Below the pieces are notes generated by a model, which had not been told where the DNA came from, did not search any database, and was given only the letters and a program-made list of their open reading frames with translations. The translations under genes were made by a program, and so were the position numbers. Below, piece by piece: positions 51,005-60,814 of a stretch of 64,000 bases of DNA. The DNA comes from Escherichia coli (lineage in GTDB: Bacteria > Pseudomonadota > Gammaproteobacteria > Enterobacterales > Enterobacteriaceae), in assembly GCF_003334405.1 (NCBI RefSeq), contig NZ_QOWM01000018.1. One strand, 5' to 3'. The number at the start of each line of letters is the position of its first letter. The first letter of the stretch is position 1.

Positions 51005-52278
51005 TGTTTGCACTGGCTGATATCAACAGTTTCTACGCCTCATGTGAAAAAGTTTTCCGCCCGGACCTTCGCAACGAACCGGTCATCGTACTCAGCAATA
51101 ACGATGGCTGTGTGATCGCGCGCAGCCCGGAGGCAAAAGCCCTTGGCATCAGAATGGGGCAGCCCTGGTTTCAGGTGAGACAAATGCGCCTGGAGAAGAA
51201 AATACATGTATTTTCCAGCAATTATGCGCTGTACCACAGCATGAGCCAACGGGTTATGGCTGTTCTGGAGTCGCTTTCTCCCGCAGTTGAGCCCTACTCA
51301 ATTGATGAAATGTTCATTGATTTGCGGGGGATAAATCATTGCATCTCTCCGGAGTTTTTTGGTCATCAGCTCAGGGAACAGGTAAAGAGCTGGACAGGAC
51401 TCACCATGGGGGTGGGCATTGCGCCTACAAAAACGCTGGCTAAAAGTGCACAGTGGGCAACAAAGCAATGGCCACAGTTTTCCGGAGTGGTCGCGCTGAC
51501 GGCAGAAAACCGTAATCGGATCTTGAAGCTACTGGGGCTGCAGCCAGTTGGTGAGGTCTGGGGAGTAGGACGCAGACTGACGGAAAAGCTGAATGCGCTG
51601 GGTATTAACACAGCACTGCAGCTGGCGCAGGCTAACACGGCATTCATCCGGAAAAACTTCAGCGTCATTCTTGAGCGTACGGTACGCGAACTCAACGGCG
51701 AGTCCTGCATATCCCTGGAAGAAGCACCACCGGCAAAACAGCAGATTGTCTGTAGTCGCAGTTTTGGTGAACGAATCACAGACAAAGATGCCATGCACCA
51801 GGCTGTTGTTCAGTATGCAGAGCGGGCCGCAGAGAAACTACGTGGGGAGCGTCAGTATTGCCGGCAGGTGACGACATTTGTACGGACATCACCCTTTGCA
51901 GTAAAAGAACCCTGTTACAGCAATGCCGCTGTGGAAAAGCTTCCATTGCCCACACAGGACAGCCGGGACATTATTGCCGCCGCATGCAGAGCCTTAAACC
52001 ATGTCTGGCGTGAAGGGTACCGCTATATGAAGGCAGGTGTCATGCTGGCTGATTTCACACCATCGGGTATAGCGCAGCCGGGATTATTTGATGAAATCCA
52101 GCCCCGTAAAAACAGTGAAAAGTTAATGAAAACACTCGATGAACTGAACCAGTCGGGAAAAGGGAAAGTGTGGTTTGCGGGGCGAGGAACCGCCCCTGAA
52201 TGGCAAATGAAACGGGAAATGTTGAGTCAGTGTTATACAACTAAATGGCGAGATATTCCCCTGGCCAGGCTGGGTTAG
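51004..52278 (+). CDS. impB: ImpB (UmuC-like Y-family DNA polymerase subunit)
   Basis: N-terminal MFALADINSFYASCE motif typical of UmuC/DinB; 424 aa. Confidence 0.85.
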   Translation: MFALADINSFYASCEKVFRPDLRNEPVIVLSNNDGCVIARSPEAKALGIRMGQPWFQVRQMRLEKKIHVFSSNYALYHSMSQRVMAVLESLSPAVEPYSIDEMFIDLRGINHCISPEFFGHQLREQVKSWTGLTMGVGIAPTKTLAKSAQWATKQWPQFSGVVALTAENRNRILKLLGLQPVGEVWGVGRRLTEKLNALGINTALQLAQANTAFIRKNFSVILERTVRELNGESCISLEEAPPAKQQIVCSRSFGERITDKDAMHQAVVQYAERAAEKLRGERQYCRQVTTFVRTSPFAVKEPCYSNAAVEKLPLPTQDSRDIIAAACRALNHVWREGYRYMKAGVMLADFTPSGIAQPGLFDEIQPRKNSEKLMKTLDELNQSGKGKVWFAGRGTAPEWQMKREMLSQCYTTKWRDIPLARLG

Positions 52279-52279
52279 T

Positions 52280-52696
52280 TCAGTCATCTCCGAACATATT
52301 TTCAGCGTTTCTTCTGGTCTGGTCTTCACCGTCATTTCTCGACAGACTCTGCTCTGTAAGAGGAGTACTGCAATCCACAGACGTATGGAGACCAGATTGT
52401 TTTTCCAGTAATTCAAGCAATTTCTTTTCAACCGAAAAAGCACCTGGTATTACGCTGGAAATCACCTTATTAATATCATCCAGAGTCGTATTTTCTGTCA
52501 GTAACTCCGATATCAGCAAAGGAAGACGTTTATCTATAGCTGCAAACGCCGCACCAGTAACTAACATCGCGCGCATGAAACGTCCCCGCTCCTTCAGTTT
52601 TTCATTTGCAATGAGCTCATCTGCTATCTTATCTCCTGTCCGTTCATCCGGGAAAAGTTCAAATGAGCAGCGTCTGGATTTATTTTCATCACTCAT
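52280..52696 (-). CDS. ParR/StbB-like partition adaptor
   Basis: Small gene immediately downstream of the ParM-like gene. Confidence 0.5.
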   Translation of the reverse strand: MSDENKSRRCSFELFPDERTGDKIADELIANEKLKERGRFMRAMLVTGAAFAAIDKRLPLLISELLTENTTLDDINKVISSVIPGAFSVEKKLLELLEKQSGLHTSVDCSTPLTEQSLSRNDGEDQTRRNAENMFGDD

Positions 52697-53738
52697 TAGT
52701 CACACCACCTTTCATTTTTATCATTCCCATGACTAAATCAAACTGCGGGGATGAGCTCAGATAAAAGCGCTCATCAGGAACCTTAGTCAGGTTCTTCACA
52801 GCCTCGGCCACAATTTCAGCCCCACCACCAACACACATTACATGTGTATAGTCGGTGAAACGGCTGATGACATCATTAACTCGTTTAATAAGCAACTTCT
52901 GCCGTTCATTGATAACATTAATGATAGACTCACGCTGTTCAGCATTATAAATGCGACGGGAAAGGTAGTCAGGTTCATTACGGTGCACAATGATATTGTC
53001 AGCCTGGAATGAGCTCACTCTTGTATTAGCATGTACAGCCATCTGTTCCTTAACCCCGGATGTAATCAGGGACACGCCGATATTCGGATCACACCAGGTT
53101 TTTGTAATCCCTGTCATTTTGCTACGAACATGCGACACATCAAGAGTTGTACCACCGAGATCTACGATCAAAAGGGATTCATCATCCTCAAGCCCCGCAA
53201 GAACACTGAAACCAGCGGGAATACTTTCAGGAAGAACGGAAACACTGCGAATAACAAATGCATCACTCCCCTGCACCCGTACTTCACGCATCACATTTTT
53301 TTTCTTTCTTTCAATGTTTTGCTTATTTTTCTGATTGTTGGCGTCAAGGTATTCAGAGATCGGCAATGTGACGATGACATCAACAGGCTGCGCTTTCAGG
53401 CCGGTCTGCTGTAGCGCATGCTGAATGGCCACAACATTCACATCACTGTACTGATAGCGTGTTTCAGTCGTTACGACAGCATCAGCACTTAATGGATCAA
53501 ATGAAAACTTCTCGCCGTCGATCTCGTAATTAGCCGGAGCAGCATCATCCAGTAAACTAAAAGACCATTCCGGTTTAAAGCTGTTAGGGCTGATTAACGT
53601 TTTCACGTCACCATCCTCCAACCAGGCAAGTTTAATGTTGGTAGAACCATCATCAATAAAGATTTTCATAACCAGTCTCCGTTGCTCATAAACAAATAGA
53701 AAAAACAAACATACTTCATACATGCAATGTATATTCAA
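52689..53738 (-). CDS. parM: ParM/StbA actin-like partition ATPase
   Basis: N-terminal phosphate-1 motif MKIFIDDGSTNIKLAW and further actin-fold motifs. Confidence 0.8.
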   Translation of the reverse strand: MNIHCMYEVCLFFLFVYEQRRLVMKIFIDDGSTNIKLAWLEDGDVKTLISPNSFKPEWSFSLLDDAAPANYEIDGEKFSFDPLSADAVVTTETRYQYSDVNVVAIQHALQQTGLKAQPVDVIVTLPISEYLDANNQKNKQNIERKKKNVMREVRVQGSDAFVIRSVSVLPESIPAGFSVLAGLEDDESLLIVDLGGTTLDVSHVRSKMTGITKTWCDPNIGVSLITSGVKEQMAVHANTRVSSFQADNIIVHRNEPDYLSRRIYNAEQRESIINVINERQKLLIKRVNDVISRFTDYTHVMCVGGGAEIVAEAVKNLTKVPDERFYLSSSPQFDLVMGMIKMKGGVTNE

Positions 53739-53900
53739 TTATAATGAAAAAACGGTCTTTCTGAAAGGACAAATGCAACATAAAAACACGATAAATTGCA
53801 TGTACATTGTACACACAACTTTAAGACCAGAGGAAATCATAGATACAAAAACATTATGAAGGTTATATGTGATACATAAATGCAATATAAAAACATCGTG
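53720..53900. promoter_or_regulatory. parC-like centromere/promoter region with iterons
   Basis: AAATGCAA(C/T)ATAAAAACA at 53771-53788 and 53878-53895, related copy at 53722-53739; AT-rich; upstream of parM. Confidence 0.45.
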
Positions 53901-54082
53901 AACATCATGGTTCAGGTTAAGGGAAAAGGAATGAAATGGTGAAACTGAGAGGAAAGGAAAGCGGTGACGAATCATGTCACCATAAACAGAAAGATGTCTA
54001 ATGGGGACTCTTTAGGTACGTGAAGAATCCCCATAACGCATTTAAAAGACACACATCAGATACCCTTAAGGTATCCGATAGT

Positions 54083-54391
54083 TTATTGACCTATTGCACC
54101 ATCACGTTCAAGCTTCTCTCTTATAGCCTCAATAATATATGAGCTAAAATCCAGAGATGTTTTACTGGTCGCTTTAAGTTCCGCATGAGCTTCAAAATAC
54201 GACAGCGGTATGGCCTTAAGATTCTTAGCCTTCGTCCTGGCAGCCACGGGACGACCTGAAACTTCCTCTGCACCTTCATTTGGCTGAGACGGGGCTGTTG
54301 CTGTTACGGCAGAAGAAGAAGTTTGTAATCTGGCAGAATCCACCAGGTTTTTCAGTTTTTCAGCCTGTGCACTAAATTTCGCTTTGCTCAT
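54083..54391 (-). CDS. ParG-like centromere-binding protein
   Basis: 102-aa gene immediately downstream of a ParA-type ATPase gene. Confidence 0.45.
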   Translation of the reverse strand: MSKAKFSAQAEKLKNLVDSARLQTSSSAVTATAPSQPNEGAEEVSGRPVAARTKAKNLKAIPLSYFEAHAELKATSKTSLDFSSYIIEAIREKLERDGAIGQ

Positions 54392-54477
54392 GAGATAACC
54401 CAGGATGTTTGTTAGATACTTAAAAGATATCCATTAAAAGCCCAAAGGATACTATATGGATACCCAATAGACACACC

Positions 54478-55122
54478 TTACTGTTTGTTATTTTCAATCA
54501 GATGATTGATTTCTTCGATCAGGGCAATAACTTCCTTACCTCCTGCCGAATAGCGCCCATGAACAGACTCAGTGATTCCCATCCCAGTCTCAATGACATC
54601 CTCAAATTCTGCACGAGCAGAAATGCGGCTCTTCATCAGCTTCAGATGTTTGAACGATGGCAGGATTGCATCAAGCTTAGGGAATTTCTTCTTGTTAGGA
54701 TTAACTTTACAGAGATACAGGTGAGCAGTTATATCGGTCCCCATGATAGAGCTGATTTCGTCCAGTACTCCATCAAAATGCATCAAACCAATACGTTCAG
54801 TCAGGGAGTCTTTTGAAGGAACAATAACGCAGTCTGCAAAGGCAATCGCAGTACGGGTAAGATCTGAGTCAAATCCCCCACAGTCAATAAGTAACGTCTT
54901 ATCGCTGTTCTTGTAGGGAGTCATAATTTCGATTAACTCATCCACTGTTTTGGGTACTTTCACGGAAATTTCTTTTCCTTCAGGTCTCAGCCCCAGAATG
55001 ATAGAAAGCCCGGTATGAGTATCCAGATCAACTGTATCAGACTTCATTTCACCAACAATGTTTACGGATGAAGTTGTCTTACCCACACCACCTTTGGGAT
55101 GCGTATTAGCAATAACAGGCAT
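54478..55122 (-). CDS. ParA/ParF-type partition ATPase
   Basis: Deviant Walker A KGGVGKTT near N-terminus (start at internal MPVIANT; track ORF over-extended to 55188). Confidence 0.8.
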   Translation of the reverse strand: MPVIANTHPKGGVGKTTSSVNIVGEMKSDTVDLDTHTGLSIILGLRPEGKEISVKVPKTVDELIEIMTPYKNSDKTLLIDCGGFDSDLTRTAIAFADCVIVPSKDSLTERIGLMHFDGVLDEISSIMGTDITAHLYLCKVNPNKKKFPKLDAILPSFKHLKLMKSRISARAEFEDVIETGMGITESVHGRYSAGGKEVIALIEEINHLIENNKQ

Positions 55123-55169
55123 AGTGTATCTCCAGAATCCACATGTAATACCCATAAAGACCCCATAAG

Positions 55170-55290
55170 ACACCTTTCGGATATCCAAGAGGTACTCAAT
55201 AGATGTTTTTTTACTCTATACCGGTCCTGCATGTCAACAGAATATGAAATACCGATAATATATCCATGAGATATCCGAAAGGGATTTAAA
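55170..55290. promoter_or_regulatory. Candidate ParG operator/centromere repeats upstream of the ParA-type gene
   Basis: TTCGGATATCC (55177-55187) and inverted copy GATATCCGAAA (55271-55281); related GGATA(T/C)C motifs at 54067-54081 and 54424-54470. Confidence 0.4.
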
Positions 55291-55301
55291 AAAGTCAGAG
55301 C

Positions 55302-56081
55302 TTATGGAATTCTTTTGAGCATAGACACCGCATCGGACTCAGGCATCGAAAACTGCACCCGGTGCCGTGCAGCCACATCCAGTGCAAACACCTTCGTGTA
55401 GACCTCCGTTGAGCTGATGGACTTATGCCCCATCAGGCTCTGCAGGACCTTCAGCGGTATACCGGCATACAGCATGTGCATCGCATAGGAATGGCGAAAC
55501 GTATGTGGCGTGACCGGAACAGAGAATGTCACACCATCAGCGGCAGCGGCGGCAACCGCTTCCCCAATCCAGGTCCTGACCGTTCTGTCCGTCACTTCCC
55601 AGATCCGCGCTTTCTCTGTCCTGCCTGTTCGTTTATTACGCCGTTCCATGGGGATTTTCAGTGTGGCCACCATCGTCTGCAGCTGGCTGACGTACCAGGC
55701 GTCGGAGAGCGGAACCAGCCGGTGAGTCTGCTGACCGGCGGGCATCCTTCCTGCCGTCCTGGCGGCTTTTTCGGTCCGCTGCTTCAGAGTGGCCAGCTGC
55801 ACAAACGGATACGGAGGCGTGAGCGAAAAATCCCCCCGCGTCAGCGCCAGTGCTTCATTAATGCGTGCACCGGTGTTCCACAGTGTGGCCAGCAGCATCT
55901 TGCGGCGCAGATCCGGGACGTAATGGAGCAGGGCGCTCACTTCAGGGGCCAGCAGGTATTTTGGCAGTTCATCATGAACCATCGACATCTGGCGGAGTGC
56001 CAGCGCTGCCGGATAATCGATGGCAACAGGAAGCTGAGCGGCATCCCGGGCATGGTGTATCGGTGCCGGCAGGTGCTGCAT
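55302..56081 (-). CDS. Tyrosine site-specific recombinase (XerD/ResD-like)
   Basis: C-terminal catalytic region HTFRHSYAMHML...GH...TEVYT; probable start at internal Met near 56081. Confidence 0.8.
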   Translation of the reverse strand: MQHLPAPIHHARDAAQLPVAIDYPAALALRQMSMVHDELPKYLLAPEVSALLHYVPDLRRKMLLATLWNTGARINEALALTRGDFSLTPPYPFVQLATLKQRTEKAARTAGRMPAGQQTHRLVPLSDAWYVSQLQTMVATLKIPMERRNKRTGRTEKARIWEVTDRTVRTWIGEAVAAAAADGVTFSVPVTPHTFRHSYAMHMLYAGIPLKVLQSLMGHKSISSTEVYTKVFALDVAARHRVQFSMPESDAVSMLKRIP

Positions 56082-56082
56082 A

Positions 56083-56496
56083 TCAGTGTTCACTCCACGG
56101 GGAAACGTCGGGCAGGTTTTCCACAACACGGTACTTTCCCGGATAACGGAGCTGGTTACCGCCACGCGTCCAGACGGTGACAACAAAACCCCCTCCCTGG
56201 TTGTTTTCGGGGAGCAGGCGATCGCACTGCTCACTCAGCATGTGGATCACGAACGGCGCATCGCTGCCGTCTTCAAATACCAGTTCCAGCGCATCGCGGC
56301 CGTGCAGCGTTCCCTTACTGATGATGACGTACTCAGCTCCCCGCATCTCCCTGAGTAAATGTTTTGCCGCATCCGGGACAAGCAGCCTGGCTGCGCCGGC
56401 ATTCCAGCTGAGGTAGACATATCCGGCCTGCGCCTGTACAGACTGCCAGTAATCCGTTCTGGCGACAGCCTGACCTTCATTCTCAATAAAAAACAT
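56083..56496 (-). CDS. Hypothetical protein upstream of and coupled to the recombinase
   Basis: ATG with AGGAG SD near 56496; stop abuts recombinase start. Confidence 0.35.
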   Translation of the reverse strand: MFFIENEGQAVARTDYWQSVQAQAGYVYLSWNAGAARLLVPDAAKHLLREMRGAEYVIISKGTLHGRDALELVFEDGSDAPFVIHMLSEQCDRLLPENNQGGGFVVTVWTRGGNQLRYPGKYRVVENLPDVSPWSEH

Positions 56497-56932
56497 GGGT
56501 GACTCCTTTTTTCTTTTCCGGGCAGGGACGGTCATGCGATAACGTCATCCATCATCACTGCCCTTACCGTCACGCCGTCTGATAACATCATGCCGTTATC
56601 ATCATCACCATGATAACAAGCATCCATATAACCACGCCGTTAAATTACCGGAGAACCGTTTCCGTCAGATCCGACTTTCCGGAATATCACAACTTTCCGG
56701 AAGTGTACCACGCTGAGGAAATAATCATATCGCTGTTTTCCGCCCCTGCGCGGCGCATCACAGGTCAGGGAAACAACACAACATATAGTGTCATAAGCAG
56801 CTGAATGTGGCACTACATGTTGTATTTACAGGAGGTAGCGTTGTGCGGAGATAGAGGAAGATCCGTGACCGCCGGAAACCGGATCTGCGCGGAAGAAAAG
56901 ACGCAAATGATATGATAATAAAAAACACACAT

Positions 56933-56992
56933 AAAATCATATCAGATATGATTTTCATCATTGATGATGAAACCATATCTGATATTATCAGA
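56933..56992. promoter_or_regulatory. Operator-like perfect palindromes upstream of the 57064 gene pair
   Basis: AAAATCATATC-a-GATATGATTTT at 56933-56955 and TCTGATA-t-TATCAGA at 56978-56992. Confidence 0.35.
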
Positions 56993-57063
56993 AATCAGGA
57001 GCACACAAATCATGCAGGATATTATTTTTACCTGTCAGAACATTATCAGATGGAGCGTGCAGG

Positions 57064-57321
57064 ATGGATGAAGAAAGGGGGTTTTCACTCAGTTATGAAC
57101 AACTGACCCGGTTTGCGGAAAAACGCATCCGGGAATGCAATCTGGACAGCCAGGGCGCGATTTATCTCTGCGAGTCAGCCAAAGCCGGAGCCGTGCTGAT
57201 CTTCTGGCATGAACTGGCCATAAATGGCTATGCCTCAATGAATGCCATAAAGAGACAAGAGATCATTGACGCCGACTTTCAGCGCCTCAGAAACCTCATC
57301 TGGCCGGAGGATGACAGGTAA
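57064..57321 (+). CDS. Hypothetical protein (85 aa)
   Basis: ORF coupled by ATGA overlap to the next gene. Confidence 0.3.
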   Translation: MDEERGFSLSYEQLTRFAEKRIRECNLDSQGAIYLCESAKAGAVLIFWHELAINGYASMNAIKRQEIIDADFQRLRNLIWPEDDR

Positions 57322-57911
57322 TGACCCAGAGCCGCCGACCGTCGCCACTGCAGCGGAGAGTGCTGATTGTGCTGGCTGCCCTTGATGAAAAACGGCCGGG
57401 CCCCGTGCTGACGCGGGACCTGGAACGGGTGCTGGAGCGAAGCGGGGAAGCCCCGGTCTACGGGCCAAACCTGCGCGCCTCCTGCCGTCGTCTGGAGGAT
57501 GCCGGCTGGCTGCGTACCCTGCGCGCCCCGAACCTGCAGCTGGCAGTGGAGCTGACGGACGCCGGCCGGGCCGTGGCACAGCCTCTGCTGCTGGCAGAAC
57601 AGGACCGCATCCGGGCAGAACAGCGTGCGGCAGAAGTCGTCGTACTGCCGCTGGTCCCGGCAGCAGGTCTGCCCGCAGGCGGCACTTCTGCCACTGATCT
57701 GGCGGTGGAGCTGAACGGCATGACGTATCAGGCCTGCCGTGGGGATTTTGTGGTGCGTCTCGACGGCAGCACCTGTCTGCAGTTATGGAATAAAGAAGGC
57801 AGAGTGGTACGCCTGGAGGGCGATCCGCTGGAAGTGGCGCAGTGGCTGCAGGCCTGTCACGATGCCGGAATGGAGGTTCGTGTACAGGTTAATGAAAGCG
57901 TCACCCCGTAA
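57321..57911 (+). CDS. Hypothetical protein with winged-helix-like N-terminus (196 aa)
   Basis: N-terminal RRVLIVLAALDEK...LTRDLERVLERSG segment resembles a DNA-binding wHTH. Confidence 0.35.
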   Translation: MTQSRRPSPLQRRVLIVLAALDEKRPGPVLTRDLERVLERSGEAPVYGPNLRASCRRLEDAGWLRTLRAPNLQLAVELTDAGRAVAQPLLLAEQDRIRAEQRAAEVVVLPLVPAAGLPAGGTSATDLAVELNGMTYQACRGDFVVRLDGSTCLQLWNKEGRVVRLEGDPLEVAQWLQACHDAGMEVRVQVNESVTP

Positions 57912-58387
57912 AAACATGCCAGCACGGTTTACACGTTATCCCATGGTGGCAGCCGGTTAACTTTCCTGCGCCACCAGTGGAAAGAGGCCATGCACAGTTA
58001 AGTCTTGATGTTAATCTGCGGCTGTTTTTTGCAATGGCAATCATTGTCTGTGGTTACGGCTATGTAATTATTTATATTTTTATAAAAAATACGCTCGTCT
58101 ATATTTTAACGTTGCCTGGGCTTACATGTCTCAGTTCTTTATTTTCTTTCATGGCATTTAAAGATAACAATATGTGGGTTGATTCTCCTGATTTGACGTT
58201 ATCAGTAATAACAGGCTCTTTTGCGGCTACAGTTATCTTTTATATGTTCTATTTTTTGAGTTATTCCTTTTATCGGATGGGGACGGATGAATAGAAAGGC
58301 CGATGACCTGCATTTAAGTAAGCGGCTAACCGTATTGATATTTACTGAGAGCTCAGTTCAACTCTCCAGCGATAACAGATCGCGTTC

Positions 58388-58423
58388 CCTTCCATGCCGC
58401 GCCAGCAGCATGGAAGGCGGCAT
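58388..58423. repeat. 29-bp hairpin-containing repeat, copy 1
   Basis: ATGCCGCGCCAGCAGCATGGAAGGCGGCA, also at 60964-60993 with 1 mismatch. Confidence 0.5.
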
Positions 58424-58515
58424 ATTATCAACCATGAAAAATCACCTGGCGGAAAATTTACTAATTTATGGATTGTGATATTATTAAAGAGTAGAACAAG
58501 CCAGCTGAGGTATTT

Positions 58516-59109
58516 ATGGGAAAAAATCAGGAAGAAAGGAAGCCCCCCATCATTGTGGTGAAAAAACGTCGTACTTTTTCGCCACCTTCCTTATCCGAAA
58601 AAACAGATATTATCGCACCTGCATTTACTGAACAGGCGGCAGAATTCCCCCCCGTCGGAATAAATTCATCTGCCGTCGAAAAACATATCCCCGAAGCACC
58701 AGCCCGGAAGAAGAAAAAGAAAAGACATCGTTTCCCACGTCCCGCCCACTGGACCCGTGAGTATACTCACGAGTGCGTGGAAAAAATAAAGACCCTGTTT
58801 CCTCATCTTCGTGCTGAAGGCGGTGGATTTATTCCCCTGAAAATTGGCATCAGCAATGATATTTCGGCATTTCTGGCAGAAAACCCGGATACAGAACTGT
58901 CCATGGACGAATGGTTCTGTGCAGTGTCCTGCATCACCTCCCGCCGCGTATATCTGCAGCGGACCTCTGTCGCCGGCGTCCCTCGTTATGGGCTGGATGG
59001 TCATCCCGATGGGCAGGTCTCAGAAACTGAAGCACAGAGTGCTGTTCAAAGACTGGCGATAATAGAACAACGGTGGCTCAGGATGAAGGAACGGCAGACT
59101 GAGCAATAA
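58516..59109 (+). CDS. ProQ/FinO-domain RNA chaperone (FopA-like)
   Basis: FPHLRAEGGGFIPLKIGI and YL...G..RYGLDGHPDG match ProQ N-domain motifs (FPHCF...PLKIGI; DLDGNP). Confidence 0.75.
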   Translation: MGKNQEERKPPIIVVKKRRTFSPPSLSEKTDIIAPAFTEQAAEFPPVGINSSAVEKHIPEAPARKKKKKRHRFPRPAHWTREYTHECVEKIKTLFPHLRAEGGGFIPLKIGISNDISAFLAENPDTELSMDEWFCAVSCITSRRVYLQRTSVAGVPRYGLDGHPDGQVSETEAQSAVQRLAIIEQRWLRMKERQTEQ

Positions 59110-59390
59110 ACATTTCAGATAACATCATGACATTGTGTATCAGAGTCTGCTTACAGACTCATGGATGCCACCAAAGGCTCATCAGATGTAAGGCAGAAGC
59201 GACGTAACTGCCTTTTGAAAGGAAAAAAGCGACCGCAAGGATGCAATGGATATCTGCCGCATACTGAAATAAAGTAACAAAAAAATCACCACAATCACGG
59301 GGGCTTCCTTCCTGTACTCAGGCCATACCCCCCGCCCGGATAAATTTCTCAATCAACAATACAATAAAACTGTGGATAATATCATCATGA

Positions 59391-60257
59391 TTAACGCATA
59401 ATTACCCGTGATTCTTTCCTGGTAACGTAAGTACAGTTATCCGGAACCTCCTCCATAATAAAAGACATGGCTCCAATTTTTACATTACTGCCTATTTTTA
59501 CGTTAAGCCCGATAATACACGTATGGGCACCTACATCGACATTATCACCAATAACGATATAATTCTCTCTGCTGTCAGATTCCTTTTCGCCAATGGTCGT
59601 ATTCTGCCGTATAATCACATTCTCACCGATCTTTACATTACCGTGAATGACGACACCTGAATGGTGGGGCAGCACGAGTCCTTTACCAATCTGCGCCCCC
59701 AGGCCAATATCACATCCATACTTTGCCATAAGCGCATTTTTTATCTTGATCGCACATTTTCGTTGTTTTTTATTCCCCGATATATACATTTCATTAGCCA
59801 GACGCCACCACAGAAGAAAACCTCTCTGCCTCTGCATACCGTTCCTGATAAGCCGGTGAAAAACAAACTTATCCCGCATGATAACTTCTGCTTTCCAGTA
59901 TTCCAGAAGATGACGTTTTTTTCCTGATAATAAAAATGTACCAATATGGATATAAGAAATAGGATTTTTTATCAGCATACGCAAATTTTCAGAAAACAAT
60001 GAATACAGATGTATTTTATATACACAGATAAAACCGCGCAACAGACATAAATATGACAGTAGCAATGAAAAAGCAGAGAGTGTGGGTGATACAGAAAAGT
60101 AACTGTCAGACATTAAATCTGATGCATCGATAAACAGACGCCCCAGCAGATGCACCTGTAATGCAACGATTTTGCCGTGTCTGCTACAGAAGTAATACAC
60201 AAATTTCCGGGGATTCTGCCTTAGCATTTTGATATATTCAGATACGGTAAATCTCAC
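59391..60257 (-). CDS. Serine O-acetyltransferase-like (CysE/WcaB-type) left-handed beta-helix acyltransferase
   Basis: C-terminal hexapeptide repeats (GLGAQIGKGLVLPHHSGVVIHGNVKIGENVII) preceded by a helical segment arranged as in CysE; AT-rich; start uncertain. Confidence 0.6.
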   Translation of the reverse strand: MRFTVSEYIKMLRQNPRKFVYYFCSRHGKIVALQVHLLGRLFIDASDLMSDSYFSVSPTLSAFSLLLSYLCLLRGFICVYKIHLYSLFSENLRMLIKNPISYIHIGTFLLSGKKRHLLEYWKAEVIMRDKFVFHRLIRNGMQRQRGFLLWWRLANEMYISGNKKQRKCAIKIKNALMAKYGCDIGLGAQIGKGLVLPHHSGVVIHGNVKIGENVIIRQNTTIGEKESDSRENYIVIGDNVDVGAHTCIIGLNVKIGSNVKIGAMSFIMEEVPDNCTYVTRKESRVIMR

Positions 60258-60277
60258 TTTAGATGGACTAAGGACTT

Positions 60278-60619
60278 ATGATATTTACAAAATTTCAATC
60301 TCTGACCCACAAGATAGATACAATGATTATTCATGATATTAAACGGGAGATGCCATTGAAATACGGGTTATACAGGGTGGCCAAATGGTTTTCCTGGCTC
60401 GCCCACACAGGAATTTTTTGTACCTTTATTGTATATATAGGGTTTTCCATCATCACTCAGCACGCCGGCCAGGAACTACCGGAGACGTTTAAACATGGAT
60501 TCGCCTTGACTTTCTGTTCATTTGCAACAGCAGCTCTGGTCAGCCAGTGGATCGGAGGCGGATTACATAGCAAACTGGAAGAAAGAATTAGGATGAAGTG
60601 GCAGAACCACGCTCACTGA
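60278..60619 (+). CDS. Small hypothetical membrane protein
   Basis: 113-aa ORF with two hydrophobic segments; start likely internal. Confidence 0.3.
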   Translation: MIFTKFQSLTHKIDTMIIHDIKREMPLKYGLYRVAKWFSWLAHTGIFCTFIVYIGFSIITQHAGQELPETFKHGFALTFCSFATAALVSQWIGGGLHSKLEERIRMKWQNHAH

Positions 60620-60814
60620 CAGGATCACCCGGTCAGTGCACAGAGGGCGGGTGGCGAAGACTCCGGTGACTGCTCCCCGCCCGCATTGGGCGAGGATTCT
60701 CGGCGGTTCTTCGCTGACTGCACCATACCTCCCAGACAAGACTGTTCGGAACATATCGCTCTTACTGGGGGAGCAGTAAACTAAAAATGAAAAGTATTAT
60801 TCCTGACTGGAATT

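Noticed and set aside
55302-56234. Tyrosine recombinase as shufflon recombinase Rci or as an integrase of an integrative element
   Set aside because: No shufflon repeats, pilV segments, att-like tRNA junction or excisionase nearby; its position next to partition genes fits a multimer-resolution recombinase.
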